Positions 61,001-64,000 of a stretch of 64,000 nt of DNA are shown here, one piece after another. Numbering within the stretch: the stretch's first letter is position 1; every line of letters starts with the position of its first letter. The position numbers and the translations under genes were made by a program. Origin of the DNA: Eledone cirrhosa (taxonomy: Eukaryota); the NCBI GenBank assembly GCA_964016885.1, contig OZ024743.1:129642001-129706000 (forward strand), given 5' to 3'. The notes beneath the pieces are model-generated. The model saw only the letters and a list, made by a program, of their open reading frames with translations. It was not told where the DNA came from and ran no database searches.

Positions 61001-64000
61001 CAAACAGCAAACAGCAAACGCCAAACACCAAGCACGAAGCACCAAGCACCAAACACCAAGCACCAAGCACCAAGCACAAAACACCAAACACCAAGCACCA
61101 AGGACCAAACATCAAACACCAAGCACCAAGCACCTAGCACAAAGCACCGAACACCAAGCACCAAACACCAAGCACCAAACACCAAGCACCAAACACCAAA
61201 CACCAGGCACCAAGCACCAAACACCAAGCACCATGCACCAAACACCAAGCACCAAGCACCAAGCACCAAACACCAAGCACCAAACACCAAACACCAAGCA
61301 CCAAGTACCAAACACCAAGCACCAAACACCAAACACCAAGCACCAAGCACCAATCACCAAACACCAAGAACCAAGCACCAAACACCAAGCACCAAGCACC
61401 AAGTACATACACCAAGAACCAAACACCAAACACAAAACACCAAGCACCAAGCAACAAGCATCAAACACCAAGCATCAAACACCAAACACCAAGCACCAAA
61501 CACCAAACACCAAGCACCAAGCACCAAGCACCAAGCACAAACATCAAGCACCCAGCACCAAACACCAAGCACCAAGCACCAAGCACCAAACACCAAGCAC
61601 CAAGCACCAAAACCCAAACACCAAGCACCAAGCACCAAACACCAAACACCAAACACCAGAAACCAAGCACCAAGCACCAAACACTAAGCACTAAGCACCA
61701 AACAGCAAACCCCAAGAACCAAGCACCAAACATTAATCACCAAGCACCACACAACAAGCACCAAGCACCAAGAACCAGGCACCAAGCACCAAGCACCAAA
61801 CACAAAACACCAAGCACCAAGCACCAAGCAGCACACACCAAGCATCAAACACCAACCACCAAACACCAAGCACCAAACACCTAACACCAAGCACTAAGCA
61901 CCAAGCACCAAGCACCAAACTCCAAGCACCCAGCACCAAACACCAAACACCAAGCACCAAGCACCAAACACCAAACACCAAGCACCAAGCACCAAGCACC
62001 AAACACCAAAGACCAAGCACCAAACACCAGACACCAAGCACCAAACACCAAGCACCAAGCACCAAACACCAAACAACAAGCACCAGGTACCAAGCACCAA
62101 ACACCAAAAACCAAGCACCAAGCACCAAACACCAAGCACCAAGCACCAAACGCCAAACACCAAGCACCAAGCACCAAGCACCAAACACCAAGCACCAAGC
62201 ACCAAACACCAAGCACCAATCACCAAGCACCAAACACCAAGCAGCAAGCAGCAAGCACCAAACACCAAACACCAAGCACCAAGCACTAAACACCAAGCAC
62301 CAAGGACCAAACATCATACACCAAGCACCAAGCACCAAACACCTAACACCAAGCACCAAGCACCAAGCACCAAGCACCGAACACCAAGCACCAAACACCA
62401 AGCACCAAACACCAAGCACCAAGCACCAAACACCAAGCACCAAACACCAAGTACCAAGCACCAAGCACCAAACACCAAGCACCAGGCACCAAGAACCAAA
62501 CACCAAACACCATGGACCAAGCACCAAGCCCCAAACACTTAACACCAAGCACCAAGCACCAAACACCAAGCACCAAAAACCAAACACCAAGCACCAACTA
62601 CTAAACACCAAGCACCAAGCACCAAACACCAAGCACCAAGCACCAATCACCAAACACCAAGAACCAAGCACCAAACACCAAGCACCAAGGACCAAGCACC
62701 AGGCACCAAGCACCAAGCACCAAACACAAAACACCAAGCACCAAACACAAAACACCAAGCACCAAGGAGCAAACACCAAGCATCAAACACCAAACACCAA
62801 ACACCAAGCACCAAACACCAAGCACCAAGCAGCAAACACCAAACACCAAGCACCAAGCACCAAGCACCAAACACCAAACACCAAGCACCAAACACCAGAC
62901 ACCAAGCACCAAACACCAAGCACCAAGCACCAAGCACCAAACACCAAACAACAAGCACCAGGTACCAAGCACCAAACACCAAAAACCAAGCACCAAGCAT
63001 CAAACACCAAACCCCAAGCACCAATCACCAAACACTAATCACCAAGCACCAAGCACCAAACACCAAGCACCAAACAGCAAACCCCAAGCACCAATCACCA
63101 AATACTAATCACCAAGCACCAAGCACCAATCACCAAGCACCAAGCAGCAAGCACCAAACACCAAGCACCAAGCACTAAGCACCTAGCACCAAACACCAAG
63201 CACCAAGCACCAAACACCAAACCCCAAGCACCAAAGACCAAGCACCAAGCACCAAGGACCAAACACCAAGCACCAAGCACCAAGCACCAAACACCAAGCA
63301 CCAAGCACCAAACACCCAGCACCAGACACCAAGCACCAAACACCAAGCACCAAGCACCAAAAACCAAACAACAAGCACCAGGTACCAAGCACCAAAGACC
63401 AAAAACCAAGCACCAAGCAACAAACACCAAGCACCAAGCACCAAACGCCAAACACCAAGCACCAAGCACCAAGCACCAAACACCAAGCACCAAGCACCTA
63501 GCACCAAACACCAAACACCAAGCACCAAGCAGCAAACACCAAGCACCAATCACCAAGCACCAAACACCAAGCAGCAAGCAGCAAGCACCAAACACCAAAC
63601 ACCAAGCACCTAGGACCAAACATCATACACCAAGCACCAAGCACCAAACACCTAACACCAAGCACCAAGCACCAAGCACCAAGCACCGAACACCAAGCAC
63701 CAAACACCAAGCACCAAACACCAAGCACCAAGCACCAAACACCAAGCACCAAACACCAAGCACCAAGCACCAAGCACCAAACACCAAGCACCAGGCACCA
63801 AGCACCAAACACCAAACCCCAAGCACTAAAGACCAAGCACCAAGCACCAAGGACCAAACACCAAGCACCAAGCACCAAGCACCAAACACCAAGCACCAAG
63901 CACCAAACACCCAGCACCAAGCACCAAGCACCAAACACCAAGCACCAAGCACCAAACACCAAACACCAAACACCAGGCACCAAGCACCAAACAGCAAGCA
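52100..64000 (+). repeat. Higher-order repeat domain with 3050-bp and 2427-bp units, continuing past the window end
   Basis: Once-per-unit markers: TACATA at 52877, 55927, 58354, 61404 and CCATGG at 53983, 57033, 59460, 62510 (spacings 3050, 2427, 3050). ORF offsets 53206->56256->58683->61733 and 60045->63095 agree. Confidence 0.92.

Larger units (their letters stand above)
1..64000 (+). repeat. Heptameric satellite array (CACCAAG/CACCAAA)n, about 9,100 units, running off both window ends
   Basis: Every line parses into 7-bp units CACCAAR or 1-3 nt variants (CACTAAT, CAGCAAG, CATCAAA, GACCAAA, CACCTAG, CACGCAG, CCCCAAG, TACCAAG). No inversion or unique insert seen. T occurs on the + strand only in variant units. 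Confidence 0.99.

Noticed and set aside
177-63997. Hundreds of minus-strand ORFs resembling Trp/Cys-rich membrane proteins
   Set aside because: The same heptad appears in all three overlapping frames, with no unique domain. Starts and stops are just variant repeat units.
1-64000. CRISPR array
   Set aside because: No 23-50 bp repeats separated by unique spacers and no cas genes.
1-64000. Direct product of telomerase or of a rolling-circle or defence-associated reverse transcriptase
   Set aside because: Rare variants are co-inherited in kilobase blocks of several different periods, which indicates DNA-level duplication rather than repeated copying of one short template. No enzyme gene is present.
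1-64000. Rap1-like (ACACC half-sites) or Chi-like (GCTGGTGG) motif arrays
   Set aside because: Half-sites here are 7 bp apart rather than the 8 bp Rap1 uses, and I did not see an exact Chi octamer. The resemblance is compositional.
1-64000. Stable G-quadruplex or i-motif array
   Set aside because: The consensus has only GG/CC doublets. Longer runs (CCCC) are isolated variants.
1-64000. Pure sequencing or low-complexity artefact
   Set aside because: Variant patterns recur precisely at long range with exact register arithmetic, which random error would not produce. Copy number of individual near-identical blocks still needs read validation.
1-64000. 147 bp = 21 units as evidence of nucleosome-length design
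   Set aside because: Numerical coincidence. I saw no 147-bp periodicity of variants, and the block periods are not multiples of 147.

Overview
The whole 64-kb window is one uninterrupted, single-orientation tandem array of a 7-bp unit, CACCAAR (CACCAAG and CACCAAA finely interleaved; YTTGGTG on the minus strand), about 9,100 units by length. I see no unique sequence, credible gene, RNA gene, mobile element or CRISPR. Every ORF in the track is explained by the repeat: 7 is coprime to 3 and the consensus has no stop codon on either strand, so all frames read HQAPSTK/HQTPNTK (+) or WCLVLGA/WCLVFGV (-). The informative structure is in rare variant units, which show a nested history. There are 70-210 bp local duplications, reshuffled 0.2-0.8 kb modules, and tandem duplications with 2219, 3867, about 8535 and 2635 bp periods. 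From about 52 kb onward there is a near-regular higher-order repeat (HOR) of 3050/2427 bp. Left and right halves carry different diagnostic variants. The best reading is a satellite (possibly centromeric, pericentromeric or subtelomeric) expanding by unequal exchange or template switching. Host and function cannot be determined from the sequence, and I found no evidence for a new gene-encoded system. Offsets come from matching ORF-track entries and hand-located variants, so block edges are approximate.
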